DNA of 64,000 bases from Eledone cirrhosa (Eukaryota). The stretch is from positions 89,590,001-89,654,000 of the forward strand of contig OZ024745.1 in the NCBI GenBank assembly GCA_964016885.1, read 5' to 3'. A model generated the notes under the pieces. It was not told where the DNA came from. It saw only the letters and a program-made list of their open reading frames with translations, and ran no database searches. This document shows positions 1 through 13,110 of this stretch, in pieces. Within the stretch, counting starts at the first letter, position 1, and each line of letters begins with the position of its first letter. Both the position numbers and the translations under genes were made by a program.

Positions 1-72
1 CCTATCTGCATTTTCTGCTTGTAGAGCTGTCTTTATGTGCCTCTGTATATGCGTGTATTTATGAGTACATGT

Positions 73-693
73 TTAAGATAAAATGTGGTTGTCTTTTAGA
101 CTCCAGATATAAGCTGAAAGTGACGTCATATTCCTTCTTAGAGGGTAACGAAAAGAATGGGTATGCATGTAAAGACGCTGCTTGAATCTATTGGCGGTTA
201 ACCCTATGTAGGCCCTACGGGACGTGGGTGTTACAACCTTACATTTGTAGACAATGTTACTAGAGAGGCATTTCCCGGATAGGGGGCAATCAACCCGATT
301 CCTACAATTACAGTAAGTACTAACTACAGGGTTGCACGTGTTCCTACGGCTAGGTAGTTTAGCTAAATTTGAAGCTGTGATATTATGTGCAAGGTTAGGA
401 GTCGTAGAGTAAGAAATTTTAATAGTATTTCTATTAAAAATGTTACTATATTTATGTGTAGAGGGAAAATGCTTCGTAATAAGGGAAAGAAAGATCTTAG
501 CTAATGGTGTGGCCACCTCCATATTATATGGTGGGTTATACCAACAAATGCGACGGGATCTATTTCTTCGAGGTCTATTTTCGTACTCTGTATATGCTAC
601 CTTATCGACAAATCCACTTCGAGCAAGAGCTTCATTGTAATAAGTGGAATGGTCGTTGAAAATACGCTCGTTGGTGGAAAGACGGGAAAGCCT
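73..693 (-). pseudogene. Penelope-like element fragment: RT C-terminus, Cys-rich linker and GIY-YIG endonuclease
   Basis: ORF has WYNPPYN, IKISYS, CNC..CPL...C and IVYKC...YIGLT...FK.R...H..SF motifs typical of PLE ORF ends; truncated at both ends. Bases 1-72 resemble the PLE 3' UTR at ~36355-36425 in the opposite orientation to the ORF. Confidence 0.9.
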
Positions 694-832
694 CAATATA
701 TGTATATATATATGTATATATATATATATGTATGATTGTATATATGTATATATATGTATATGTATATATGTGTATATATATATATATGTGTGTATATATA
801 TACATATATATATATGCGTGTGTGTATGTGTA

Positions 833-900
<68 letters not shown>

Positions 901-901
<1 letters not shown>

Positions 902-1046
902 GAGGGAAACCTAAGGGCAGCAGCAACAAACTCCCTCTTACATCAGTGGCCAACCTATACAGGCTGGAGATAAAATGCGTAGCAACAAGTGCGGTGCTCC
1001 AGCATGGCCTCAGCCGGATGGCTGAAACAGGTAAAAGAGTAAAAGA

Positions 1047-1049
<3 letters not shown>
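901..1049 (+). mobile_element. probable SINE 3' fragment
   Basis: Ends GTGCTCCAGCATGGCC...GCTGAAACAGGTAAAAGAGTAAAAGAG, resembling from memory octopus SINE tails; bounded by (TA)n. Confidence 0.4.
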
Positions 1050-1111
<62 letters not shown>

Positions 1112-1156
1112 CGTGTGTGTCTGTGTGTATGTGTGTGTATGCATATGTACATATAT

Positions 1157-1536
1157 TGGTTCGCCTTTTTTCTCTTTCTCGTCTACGATTTCACAGAACT
1201 TATGTTCACCGAATTCACAGACTAGATTCCTTCTTCCTCCCGTTAGACCTGTACGGATTTCCTTCCTTGCTCACATTCCAACCAGGTTTGATGGTCTTTA
1301 CTCTCTCTCGTTCACGATTTCACCGAACTTATATTCATGGAATTTGGGATTTGACTCGTTCTTCCTCACTTTTCGTTGCTTCATCATCTTTGTTTCTTTA
1401 CACTCTCGCTGTCCCTTTTATTTACGTGTCCCAACGACTGTTTTTAGCCGTTGCTCGCACCAACCGGAGGTATATGGTCATTAAAGCGAAGAAATACCTG
1501 TGATGGTTGGAAGATCACTGATGAAGGACCACTTTA

Positions 1537-1595
<59 letters not shown>

Positions 1596-1690
1596 ATGAG
1601 TAGAAAGAAGAATACTGCGTGGTTAAACATAGGTTACATATGATAAAAATAGTCCTTCGTCAGTGATTTTCCAACCATCATTGGTATTTC
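1157..1690. mobile_element. non-coding repeat family J: + copy 1157-1540, inverted piece 1595-1690
   Basis: Homologous to 9556-10500 and 34935-35290; carries AAGATCACTGATGAAGG. Confidence 0.7.
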
Positions 1691-1781
1691 ATATAGATAT
1701 ATATATATAGTAATAATAATAAATTTGAATATGTGTGTGTGTGTGTGTTTGCTTCTATATGCATGTATATGTATATATATA

Positions 1782-1834
<53 letters not shown>

Positions 1835-1841
1835 TTATATG

Positions 1842-1918
<77 letters not shown>

Positions 1919-1932
1919 ATATGTATGTATGT

Positions 1933-1974
<42 letters not shown>

Positions 1975-2106
1975 ATATATATGCGGATGTGTGTATATGT
2001 GTGTATATATATGTGTATATGTATATGTATGTATAATATATATATGTATATATATATATATATGTGTGTATATATATATATATATGTAAATATATATATA
2101 TATATT

Positions 2107-2175
<69 letters not shown>

Positions 2176-2327
2176 GTATATATATGTATATATATATATA
2201 AGTTATATTTAATTTTTTGGGATACAACAAGCAAATATTTTTATAACTGATATAAAGCACTCAACAATTTTTAGGAGTAAAAATACAATATATTAATAAA
2301 TAGAAACTATATTTATAAAACCATATT

Positions 2328-2392
2328 TATTTCATTATACATATTTCAAGGACACCAAAGCAAATTATGGTACTCTTTCATCAGATGAAATA
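2328..2392 (-). ncRNA. type I hammerhead ribozyme, family A
   Basis: TATTTCAT-CTGATGA-AAGAGTACCA..TGGTGTCCTT-GAAA-TATGTA-TA-ATGAAATA; stem I has a compensatory C-G pair relative to other family A copies. Confidence 0.85.
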
Positions 2393-2537
2393 TAATATAA
2401 ATCAGTTTTATAAACAAATATTGACATACCCTTAAAAGAATGCGACCATGTCTGTTGGAAGCTCCCGGATATATATACACATATATATATATACACACAT
2501 ATACACACATACGCATATATAGACATACATTCATATG

Positions 2538-2609
<72 letters not shown>

Positions 2610-2624
2610 TACATACATAGATAT

Positions 2625-2673
<49 letters not shown>

Positions 2674-2691
2674 TATATACACATATAAACT

Positions 2692-2722
<31 letters not shown>

Positions 2723-2764
2723 TTATATATACATGCATATACATATACAAGCACATAAACACAG

Positions 2765-2805
<41 letters not shown>

Positions 2806-2854
2806 CATATTCATACACACATATACACATAAACACATATATAAACATACACAT

Positions 2855-2893
<39 letters not shown>

Positions 2894-3019
2894 CATATAT
2901 ATATATACATATATATATATATACATACATATATATCTATATATATATATAATATGCAGGATGCTATTTATAGTTATGTATATACTAAAACTTTTTATAG
3001 TTATGTATATTTTAAACCC

Positions 3020-6000
3020 AAACAGTGAAGGTCAGTAATTTATTACTACCTTATTACCAGTAAGATAAATAGCTCAATGAAATAACATCAGTTGTTCTAC
3101 AGAGCAGTTATATAGAATTCACAAGAATCAAAGCTATATTCAAAGCATTTATTCACTTACAATTGTTTCATCCAAACCTAGGCTTGGTGTCTTCGGAGCA
3201 TTTTTCAATGTTTGTACACATAATTGACCTCCTTTCCAACTCAACAGACATGCAGATACATATATATATATATTGATGTACAGTGGAGTGACATATATTA
3301 TACGATATTATTTCTGTATAGCAATTCAAATTCAAAATCAAAATCAAAATTAAAATTAAAATTAAAACAAAGTTATAACAAAATTAAAATACATTCGGCA
3401 GTTAACACAGATAATGCAAGAGGATTGTTTGTTAGTCAGATGAAGTAGTTAGTGTATGCGTTAGTTACACGTGGGGCATGCAATTGTGTCTCATTTATAT
3501 ATGATTATTGTGTGGCAGGGTGTTACATGTAATACAAGCACTTTTAGCGGGTAGGTAAGAGTATTATGGTGGTTGTAGTGGTAAGGTATTTGTTGTATAT
3601 AATAAAAAAGTTGTGTGCAGAAAAATAAAAATAAAAAGGAGAAGCAAAAGAAAGTTATGGTTTTCGTATCCACCACCATTTTCACATTCAGCAAAAGTAA
3701 TACACAGTTTTTACATCCATCACATAAGTAACGATGATTCCATATTGGATGTTTGTTGCATTAAATTAAATTATTTTAGATTATTGCGGCTCAGTGTTAT
3801 TTAATCCAAATTTATAGAATAGGTTGATTCTGCTGCGAGAATTTACAGCGGTTTATTATCCGGAAGTATGTGTAACTAAGGCGAGTTAATGCTTAAGGGG
3901 GGTAACTAGCTGATTTCCATAACTAAATTCATTGTTCTAACATACATTATAAGGCGCCTCAATTGAGTCCCTTATATAAACGGTTATATATTTATATCCA
4001 GTTTCCAATTTTAAATACAGTCTACTCTATCATGATGCACTAAAGGTATCTATATTAGGATGTTTACTCCCTATCATACAGTACTACAACTGAATACTCC
4101 ATACAAAGAGCCATATCTTTTTATCAAATTTCAGTGTAAATGTAGTCTACTCTCAGAACATGTCAGGGGACCTATTATGATTATGTCTACATAACCCCTG
4201 GTATGTTCTGGAGCAGCGTATGGCTGTTTGCATGGCAAAGCCAACTACATCTCTAGGTCAGACAAATACGTCCCTCATTTACAATGTCATTAATCTATCC
4301 ATCAAGTTATACTTGCATATATAACTCACATACTATTCATACATAATTCATTGCACTCAACATATAAGTTAGACAGATCTCTTATGTTAATAAATTAATC
4401 TTATATATATCCATACATATAAATACATATAAATACAATTGCATATATAATTCATTGTCGAATCTGGTATTTAAAGCTTATATAGAGTGTATTGTATCAC
4501 TATAGAATTATAAGTAATTGAAAGTAATTATACTAAAAGTAGGCGTTTAGGGGATATTTCTAGGGTATAAAGTTATAGATAGATGGAATGATTTGTGTCG
4601 AGATAGGGTGGATCAGAGAGTGTGGAGTTGTGGTGTAAGGAGTGCCCTTGAGGTGTGGTGTTAGAAGTGGTGATGGGTTCAAGTCCGACATTGTTATATA
4701 TTGGGTTTGAAGTTTTGGAAGGACTGCCGGAAGCGGTGCTGGCACGACGCAAACACTTCCGATTTTTTATTAAGGAGGTTATGGTTTGAGAAGATTAGAG
4801 TATGGGTCTCTAGCAGACAGAGGTTACAGAATTTATTAGGTGGTTTGTACGATGCCGCCCTACCTATCACTTCCCATTTAAGTGTATAAGTTCTATTTCT
4901 AGTTTTTAGATAGTGTATGTAGCTAGATAGTGAAATGGAGTTGGCTAGACCGTGTTTTTGAAAGACTTGAGATGTGAATTGTATCTGGTTTTGAAGCAGT
5001 TCGAAGTAGAGCCTATATAGGTTTCAGAAGAATTGCTAGTTATGACGGTGCATGAGTATATGATGTCCTTGATTAAGCAGTTTTTATCTAAAGGGCAGGT
5101 TCTATTAGATCTACAGTTACAATTATTTTGGATGTTAACCTGCCGGTTATTATGTTGTGTAGAAATCTGCTTGCTAGGTATTGCATCATGGCTATGGGGG
5201 TTGTCGCTCCCAGCGTTATTGATTTCACTAGTGCTATTACTATTATTACTAGTGATATCAGGGTTTGCAGATATAACGTTGTTTTGAAGGTTTACCCCAT
5301 GCCGTGTTTTAGTTTGTTGGAAGTATTTATTTTTCTTTTATTGCTACTGGCTATGTGGTATGCTATGTTAGGCGTGGGAGAGTAGGAGATTTTAATGGTG
5401 TTTTTGTTTATAAGACTATGGTACGTGTGGCCAGATGGGAAGTTTTTTTCCAGGAGTGAGAAGAAAGCCTTAGGTAGGTTGGTAGAGACGTTTAGATTGA
5501 AAGGGGGGGGGGGGGTGAAAAATGTATTATTTCCTATTCTATTTTTGTTTTTTATGTCTGGTGAGATGCTTCCGTTTATGGTATTTTGGTGACCTCCCTG
5601 GTGTGGGTTACGTTTGTTGCCACCCTTCGTACTAGTGTGTGTGTGGTTATTATTCTTATTATTATTTTTCCTCATGGACATATTGTGCGAAATAATGTTG
5701 TAACTATGTGTTTCTGTAGGTAGGAACTCGATCTCATTATTATGGCCTGAGCTAGCTAATGCCTGATTATAATATTGTGAGTTTTTGCTAAATATGTTTT
5801 CGTCATAAGAGACATTAGAGATTCTATTGGATATTCCCTTAGAGATAGAGGTTAATATTGATCTAGGGTAGTTAGACTTGGTATCTACGTAAATCAGTTT
5901 TTCGTTAGGTTTATGGAATGGTGTATATATCCTAGAGACTAGGTACAGGGTGGCATCTAGGAATTTAACATTTTTAGTGTTTTTGTCTATGGTGATACTT

Positions 6001-6095
6001 AGGTTATAGTTTTTGAAAGTATTGTGCAATAGTTTTCTAGTTCTTTCTATATTAATTTTTTTATAGTCTTTAAGGAGAAGTGCCCACACCAGTGA
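3020..6095 (-). mobile_element. 5'-truncated Penelope-like element: decayed RT end and GIY-YIG (~4720-6082), ~1.7 kb 3' region ending in a HHR
   Basis: ORF 5292-6104 has FLD.TL.L....Y.PFHKPN...Y....SN.P and PPFN motifs; CNCRSNRTCPL..NCL..DIIY.C..YIG continues in another frame; 3' region homologous to 51860-53100. Confidence 0.88.
3154..3200 (-). ncRNA. type I hammerhead, family C (core CCGAAGA)
   Basis: TGCT-CCGAAGA-CACCAAGCCTAGGTTTGGAT-GAAA-CAATTG-TA-AGTG. Confidence 0.65.
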
Positions 6096-7670
6096 GGTCA
6101 CCAAACGTAACCCACACCAGGGATGTCACCAAAATACCATAAAAGGAAGCATCTCACCAGACATAAAAAACAATAATAGAAGAAATAATACATTTTAACC
6201 CCCCCCCCTTTAAATCTAAACGTCTCTACCAACCTACCTAAGGATTTCTTCTCACTCCTGGATGAAAAATTCCCATCTGGCCACAAGTACCATAGTCTTA
6301 TAAACAAAACCACCATTAAAATCTCCTACTCTACCACGTCTAACATAGCATACCACATAGCCAGTAGCAATAAAAGAAAAATTAATACTTACTTCCAACA
6401 AACTAAAACACGGCAGGGGGTTAACCTTCAAAAAACGTTATATCTGCAAACTCTGATATCAATAGTAATAATAGTAATAGCACTAGAGAAATCAATAAAG
6501 CTGGAGCGACAACCCCCATAGCCATAATGCAATACCTAGCAACTAGACTTCTACACAACTTAATAACCGGCAGGTTAACATCCAAAATAATTGTAACTGT
6601 AGATCTAATAGAACCTGCCCTTTAGATAAAAACTGCTTAATCAAGGACATCATATACTCATGCACCGTAATAACTAGCAACTCTTCTGAAACCCATATAG
6701 GCTCTACTTCGAACTGCTTCAAAACCAGATACAATTCACACCTCCACTCTATCAAAAAACACAGTCTAGCCAATCAACTTCACTATCTAGCTACATACAC
6801 TATCTAAACTGGGAAGTGATAGGTAAGGTGGCATCGTACAAACCACCTAATAAATTCTGTAACCTCTGTCTACTAGAGACCCATACTATAATCTTCTCAA
6901 ACCATAACCTCCTTAATAAAAAATCGGAAGTGTTTGCGTCGTGCCAGCACCGCTTCCGGCTCTCCTTTCAAAACTTTAAACCCAATATATAACAATGTCG
7001 GACTTGAACCCATCACCACTTCTAACACCACACCTCAAGGGCACTCCTTACACCACAACTCCACACTCTCTGATCCACCCTATCTTGACACCAATCATTC
7101 CATCTATCTATAACTTTATACCCTAAAAATATCCCCATAAACGCCTACTTTTAGTATAATTACTTTCAATTACTTATAATTCTATAGTGATACAATACAA
7201 TCTATATAAGCTTTAAATACCAGATTCGACAATGAATTATATATGCAATTGTATTTATATGTATGGAGTGATTACATTGGATATATATAAGATTAATTTA
7301 TTAACATAAGAGATCTGTCTAACTTATATGTTGAGTGCAATGAATTATGTATGAATAGTATGTGAGTTATATATGCAAGTATAACTTGATGGATAGATTA
7401 ATGACATTGTAAATGAGTGATGTATTTGTCTGCCCTAGAGATGTAGTTGGCTTTGCCATGCAAACAGCCATACACTGCTCCAGAACTTACCAGGGTTTAT
7501 GTAGACTTAATTCTAATAGGACCTCTGACATGTTCTGAGAGTAGACTACATTTGCACTGAACTTTGATATAAAGATATGGCTCTTTGTATGGAGTATTCA
7601 GTTGTAGCACTGTATGATAGGGAGTAATCATCCTAATATAGATACCTTTAGTACATCATGATAGAGTAGA
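6096..7670 (+). mobile_element. inverted duplicate of the PLE segment ~4020-5620
   Basis: Reverse-complement match with substitutions and indels; duplicated CCCACACCAG at the junction 6083-6120; a further short minus copy at ~7678-7806. Confidence 0.9.
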
Positions 7671-8712
7671 TAGTGGAGGTATTTTTAGGGTATAAAGTTA
7701 TAGATAGATGGAATGATTGGTGTCGAGATAGGGTGGATCAGAGAGTGTGGAGTTGTGGTGTAAGGAGTGCCCTTGAGGTGTGGTGTTAGAAGTGGTGATG
7801 GGTTCAATAGAATAGGGGTGGGGTGGGGTACAGAGGCTACAGAGGACCGAAGGCCTGCCTCGGGGTGGGTGAGAATGTGAAAAGAACGACGACAAAGAAG
7901 GAGAACTGGGGTAGAAGGACTAGGAAGAGATGGGGGAAGGAGGAAATATAGAGGAAACGTTAAAAAATATGTAAGAATATCTTACGTCTACTTTTGTAAG
8001 CAGGGGTTACCCATTACAAAGTCGGCAAGTGGGGTGTTACAGCCCTTGTCTACCCCCCTCCCCCCGAGTAATTATGGGGTTTGAGGGCGAGGTAAGTCCT
8101 ACGCAATCTGTGTTTTCATGCAGTTACCAGTTCGTTTTTCTTGTTTAGGAGTTGGTCCGTCGAAAACAGCATTTGTAATGTTTCCTCCGAGCATAAGTTA
8201 CACGGACGGCGTCCTCCCGTGTAAGAGTTGGCTCCGGACAGTAAGCTCCAAGTGAGATTATAGGTTGTATTGTTATCTTTGAGGTCCCAGATGTGGCCCG
8301 AAAGTGTAGTGGCGTGACGCCGGGCCGGGTTTCGGAAAGTATGTCTGTGTTGGTATAGCCGGGTCTTGAAGTCACAAGTGGTGATGATTATGGTAGGGGA
8401 ATAGTAACCAGAAATTGTGCTTTTTTATATTTTTAACATTCTTATTTTTCTATATCGATTTACTCCATATAGATCTACCTATTGTTTCGACTTCCTCCCC
8501 CCTCCCGCTCTTGACATCTTATCCTTAGGATTCTGCTGTAGTTGTCACTTTCAACGCACGACTGGGTTTCCTCCACTCCCTCTCCCTCTTTCTTATACTG
8601 GCAAGTTCAGCTACCCCTTCCTTCCACAAAATGCCATGATAGAATTATGTGTCTCAACAACAAACTTTTGACCAATCCTTGTGACGTTTAATTTTACCAT
8701 ATATGGAATATT

Positions 8713-8808
8713 ACACCCTGAGAAGCTTGGCTATTCATTTACCAGGATAAAAATGTTCATTTAGTCCAGAATTAGCCGTCGAAACGGCTTGACCTCAACC
8801 GTCGGGGT
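8713..8808 (+). ncRNA. degenerate hammerhead, family D, long stem II
   Basis: ACACC-CTGAGAA-..GGCTATTC..GAATTAGCCGTC-GAAA-CGG..CCG-TC-GGGGT; core imperfect; element ~8420-8902 homologous to 10860-11000. Confidence 0.5.
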
Positions 8809-9277
8809 CCTACTCGTTCCTATTACCCACTCTACTACCCTAAGTATTGAGTACTTTGGTGCGTTATGGTCCATCTGGTTCCTTACCACATTTCCTTCGT
8901 TATATAATATATATATATATATAATAATTATATATGTAGATATAAATCCCGTGTCCAAAATTACGCGGGTAGAGAATGCCACAAATATTTTATATATTTA
9001 ACCTGAAACATACAGTAGGATATAATTCTATACAGACCGTATCAATAACCATTTCATCTCTCGGACAGATTAGAGATTTAATCTGTTTTGCCCTGAAAAT
9101 TGTGTTTGTAACAGATAATCCGTAGGCTTTCCTCAGCAAGAGATTAGATCAATTGAAACAAAGCACATCTAATTGCAGGGTATCAATATGAATTAATAAC
9201 TCTGTATTTTATTTGTATTTTATTTGTATTTTATTTGTATTTGTATTGTATTTTATTTGTATTTGTATTGTATTTAT

Positions 9278-9490
9278 GTGTATTGGTGTAATGGTAGCAC
9301 AGTGGTCTGGATAACCAAAGATGTGGGTTCGACTCCCATGTACAGCAACACTCATATTTTTCCATTTTTCCGAGGGTTATAAACCCCACTATCAGGTTTG
9401 AAATTGCTTTAGTCTAAAATACGGTGAAAGCTTATAATTTCTAATTTCTAATTTCAAACTCGCGCACCGTTTCAAAAACATACTTACATG
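9278..9490 (+). mobile_element. tRNA-headed SINE-like element, family K
   Basis: A box TGGTGTAATGG, B box GGTTCGACTCC; second copy at 33474-33676 (-). Confidence 0.7.
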
Positions 9491-9509
9491 TTTACATTTA
9501 TAATTTGCT

Positions 9510-9555
<46 letters not shown>

Positions 9556-9560
<5 letters not shown>

Positions 9561-10502
9561 ACTAGCGTGCTGCGTGGTTGCACATGGATTACATATGAAT
9601 AAAATTAGTCCTTCATCAGTGATCTTGCAACCTTCATTGTTAACGTGTCCCAATAACTTTTTTTCAGTTATTGCTCGCACCAACCAGAGGTATAGCCAGT
9701 CACTCTCTCTCAGCTGCACTCTTCCTCACCCGTTCACTCACTCACTCTCTGCTTCTCTCCCTCTCTAACTTCCTCCCGTTTGACCTGTGTGAAATCCTTT
9801 TCTCACTCACATCTCGCCCTGGTCGGATGGTCTTTACCTCTCGTCTATTATTTCACCGAGCTTAAGTTCATAGATATCACGGACTTGTCTCTTCTCTTCC
9901 TCTCTTTCCGTTGCATTACCATCTATGTTTGTTTACATGTCTCGCTCGATTCACCCTATTTTACGCATCCCAATAACTTTCTTTAGTTATTGCTCGGACC
10001 AACCAGAGGTATATGATCTTTAAAGCGAAGAAATACCAATGAAGGTTGGAAGATCACTGATGAAGGACTAATTTTATTCATATGTAACCCATGTGCAACC
10101 ACACAGCACGCCATTTTTCATATATTTATGTTTCCCTCCGCTGAGACCTGTCTGTTTCTTTCATACAGCTTCCCCTTTCTGTGCATCTCTCACCTTTTTT
10201 TTTACCCCCTCTACAAGTCACGCTCTCTCAGCTGGCCTCTTCCTCACACTTTCACTCACTCACTCTCTGCCTCTCCCCCTCTCTCACTTCCTCCCGTTTG
10301 ACCTGTGTGAAATCCTTTTCTCGCTCACATCTCACCCAGGTCGGATGGTCTTTACCTCTCGTCTATGATTTCACCGAGCTTAAGCTCATAGATATCACGG
10401 ACTTGTCTCTTCTCTTCGTCTCTTTCCGTTGCATTACCATCTATGTTTGTTTTCATGTCTCGCTCGCTTCACCCTATTTTACGTGTCCCAATAACTTTCT
10501 TT
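9556..10502. mobile_element. family J: fold-back arm 9556-9695 plus ~1.6 tandem ~500-nt monomers
   Basis: CCGTTTGACCTGTGTGAAATCC recurs ~500 nt apart; 9556-9650 is the reverse complement of ~10040-10120; (TA)n on both sides. Confidence 0.8.
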
Positions 10503-10503
10503 A

Positions 10504-10566
<63 letters not shown>

Positions 10567-10756
10567 TTATTTATTTATTAAAATAACAGATTAAAGTTTA
10601 AGCAAAGAATCGCTGTTAAAGGTGAAAGCACCGATTATTTGCTTAAACTTTAATCTGTCATTTTAATAAATATTTGCTCTACGGTTCTTATATATGTGAT
10701 ATATAGTTATCCTTATCGAGCCCTCTTTGGATTTTAGTCTTCAAATTCATTATTAT

Positions 10757-10794
<38 letters not shown>

Positions 10795-10799
<5 letters not shown>

Positions 10800-10922
10800 A
10801 ACCAGTAAGACCCCGACAGCTGAGCTCAAGCCGTTTCGACGGCTAATTCTGGACTGAATTCAGTCCAGAATTAGCCGTCGAAACGGCTTGAGCTCAGCTG
10901 TCGGGGTCTTACTGGTTCCTAT
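10795..10922. repeat. perfect 128-bp palindrome at the 5' end of a family D copy
   Basis: Centred on GAA|TTC at 10858/10859; each arm carries GAAACGGCT..AGCTGTC. Confidence 0.95.
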
Positions 10923-10998
10923 TATCCACTCTACTACCTCAAGTATTGAGTACTTTGGTGCGTTATGGTCCACCTGGTTCCTTACCACATTTCTTTCG

Positions 10999-11037
<39 letters not shown>

Positions 11038-12477
11038 ATTACCTGTAACTCACTGGGATCCATTTAATCGACTTTCCCCTACCCCCAAAATTGGTGGCGT
11101 TGTGCCTATATTATTATGGATCTTTGTACGTTTCGACGATGCGTCTTCCAACAGGTCAAAGATTAATCTAATTCTAATTATTGAATACTACTATTGCTAA
11201 AGGTAATGGATTGAATACTACTATTGCTAAAGGTAATCATATTGATATTTTTAGGTATTTATTTATAGTTCGTAATCTCTCAGTTCTTAAAACGCCAAGA
11301 CTGAAATTGCTTTCCTTCTGGGTTGGGTGAAATAAATACCAGGCTAGTACTACTATGGTGGTTATAATTGACAGCACATGGAAACCAATATGACATGCCA
11401 GCCGTTGATGGATACCTCTCTTTACCAAAACAGTAAACAACCGAGCCTATTTATTCACTATTGGTAATTCAAGATATATATAGTTTCAGCAGCATTGTCA
11501 TTTTCTGGAATGTACCAATGTCTGTTTTCATAAAATGTTTGTCCATATTTTTACAGATGAGGTTGTGTTTAATTCCAGTTATAACAATTGCAAATGGAAT
11601 AATTGATACAGTACTAATCTGATGTAATATGTTTAATTAAATAGTTAAGTCGAAACATAGTTATCCTACGGAAGACCCAATTTTGGGGGCCAAGTTTGTT
11701 CATTGAAGAAATTCAGTTGTAGGTCTTCTTTTCGGTTTCTTACCCTGAATAACAAACATGGTCTCCTGAGCTGCAGCATATGTGCACCTTATCTTATCAG
11801 ATCCTACCAGACTTTCGTAGAAACGTAGAATGTTGTACTCCGGTGTCTAGATGCAGTAAAAGAATACCTGAACCATACTTTTATGTTTTCATTTACATTT
11901 TATAAATTAATAGAAAAACATTGCACCTCACCAGATCCTAGCAGCTTCTCATTGTAGAAACATCTAAGGTTTGATCTGAGCTGTTGCAAAAGAGTAAACT
12001 CCGTTAAAAGTTTTATGTGGTGCTTCGTCTAATGGAATATACAATATATTGCTGGATTGATCTCAAAGGTAATAAACTATACAACATACTTACATTAGAC
12101 ATCATTTCACCAAATTTAATACTCTACCATCAACCTCAATATTCCTATCAGTTCTGCATTACGAAAACATTAAAGCACATCGACCCACTCCAGATACCAA
12201 GATTATATCCGCGCTTATGGACTAAAATACGCGTCAAAGCTTTACAAACGAATATAAACACACGAAGCTCAATACACAGTACCCCACACAAGCAGACGTG
12301 TATACAAACAAAAGGTCATACCGAACTATATATGTGTGAAATCACAACCAATATCCAAGACAGCAATGAAGTCCTCACAAGAAAACAGAAACACAGACAC
12401 AAGAGCACGCAAAACGAGAATATAAATGATCATGTTGATGATGATGAGGATGGCGATGGCGACGGTGATGACGATAT

Positions 12478-13110
12478 GATAACGTCGACAACAGTGATGA
12501 CGATGCAATAACGTCGACGACGGTGATGACGATTCAATAACGTCGACAACGCTGATGAGGATGCAATAACGTTGATCACGGTGATGACGATACGATAACG
12601 TCGACAACGGTGATGACGATACAATAACGACAACGACGGTGAAGACGATACGATAACGTCGACGACGGTGATAATAATACTATAACGTGGATGACGGTGT
12701 TAACAATACAATAACGTCGAAGACGCTGATAACAATACAATAACGTGGATGACGGTGATAACAATACAGTAACGTCGATGACGGTGATAACAATAAAATA
12801 ACGTAGAAGACCGTGATGAAAATACAATAACGTCGATGACGGTGATAACAATACAATACCGTCGACGACGGTGATAACAATACAATAACCTCGATGACGG
12901 TGGTGACGATACAATAACGTCAACGACGGTGGTGACTATACAATAACGTCAACGACGGTGGCGACTATACAATATCGTCAACGATGGTGATAACAATACA
13001 ATAACGTCAACGACGGTGGTGACGATACAATAACGTCAACGACGGTTGTGACGATACAATAACGTCAACGACGGTGATAACAATACAATAACGTCGACGA
13101 CGGTGATGAT
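12478..13110. repeat. 29-bp CpG-rich minisatellite, about 20 copies
   Basis: Unit CAATAACGTCGACGACGGTGATGACGATA, flanked by (GAT/GAC)n. Confidence 0.9.

Larger units (their letters stand above)
696..2950. repeat. compound (TA)n/(TG)n/(CA)n microsatellite field with embedded element fragments
   Basis: Directly visible; source of the IYIY-type ORFs. Confidence 0.95.

Noticed and set aside
644-3038. Many [16 protein letters not shown] ORFs here and across the window
   Set aside because: Translations of dinucleotide microsatellites, not genes
8150-8380. GC-rich hairpins with GAAA on the minus strand
   Set aside because: No CUGANGA-like partner or valid NUH-stem I arrangement found
9278-9345. 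Functional tRNA gene
   Set aside because: Acceptor and anticodon stems do not close properly, and homology with the second copy extends ~150 nt past the tRNA-like head, indicating a SINE
10570-10675. Inverted repeat ACAGATTAAAGTTTAAGCAAA (also at ~45693) with GAAAGC
   Set aside because: Probably another fold-back tail fragment, but no ribozyme core can be assembled
11237-11440. ORF with a hydrophobic stretch resembling a type II membrane anchor
   Set aside because: No ATG, an in-frame stop just upstream, no clear splice sites or homology
12478-13110. CRISPR-like 29-bp periodicity
   Set aside because: Units are contiguous with no unique spacers; eukaryotic context, no cas genes
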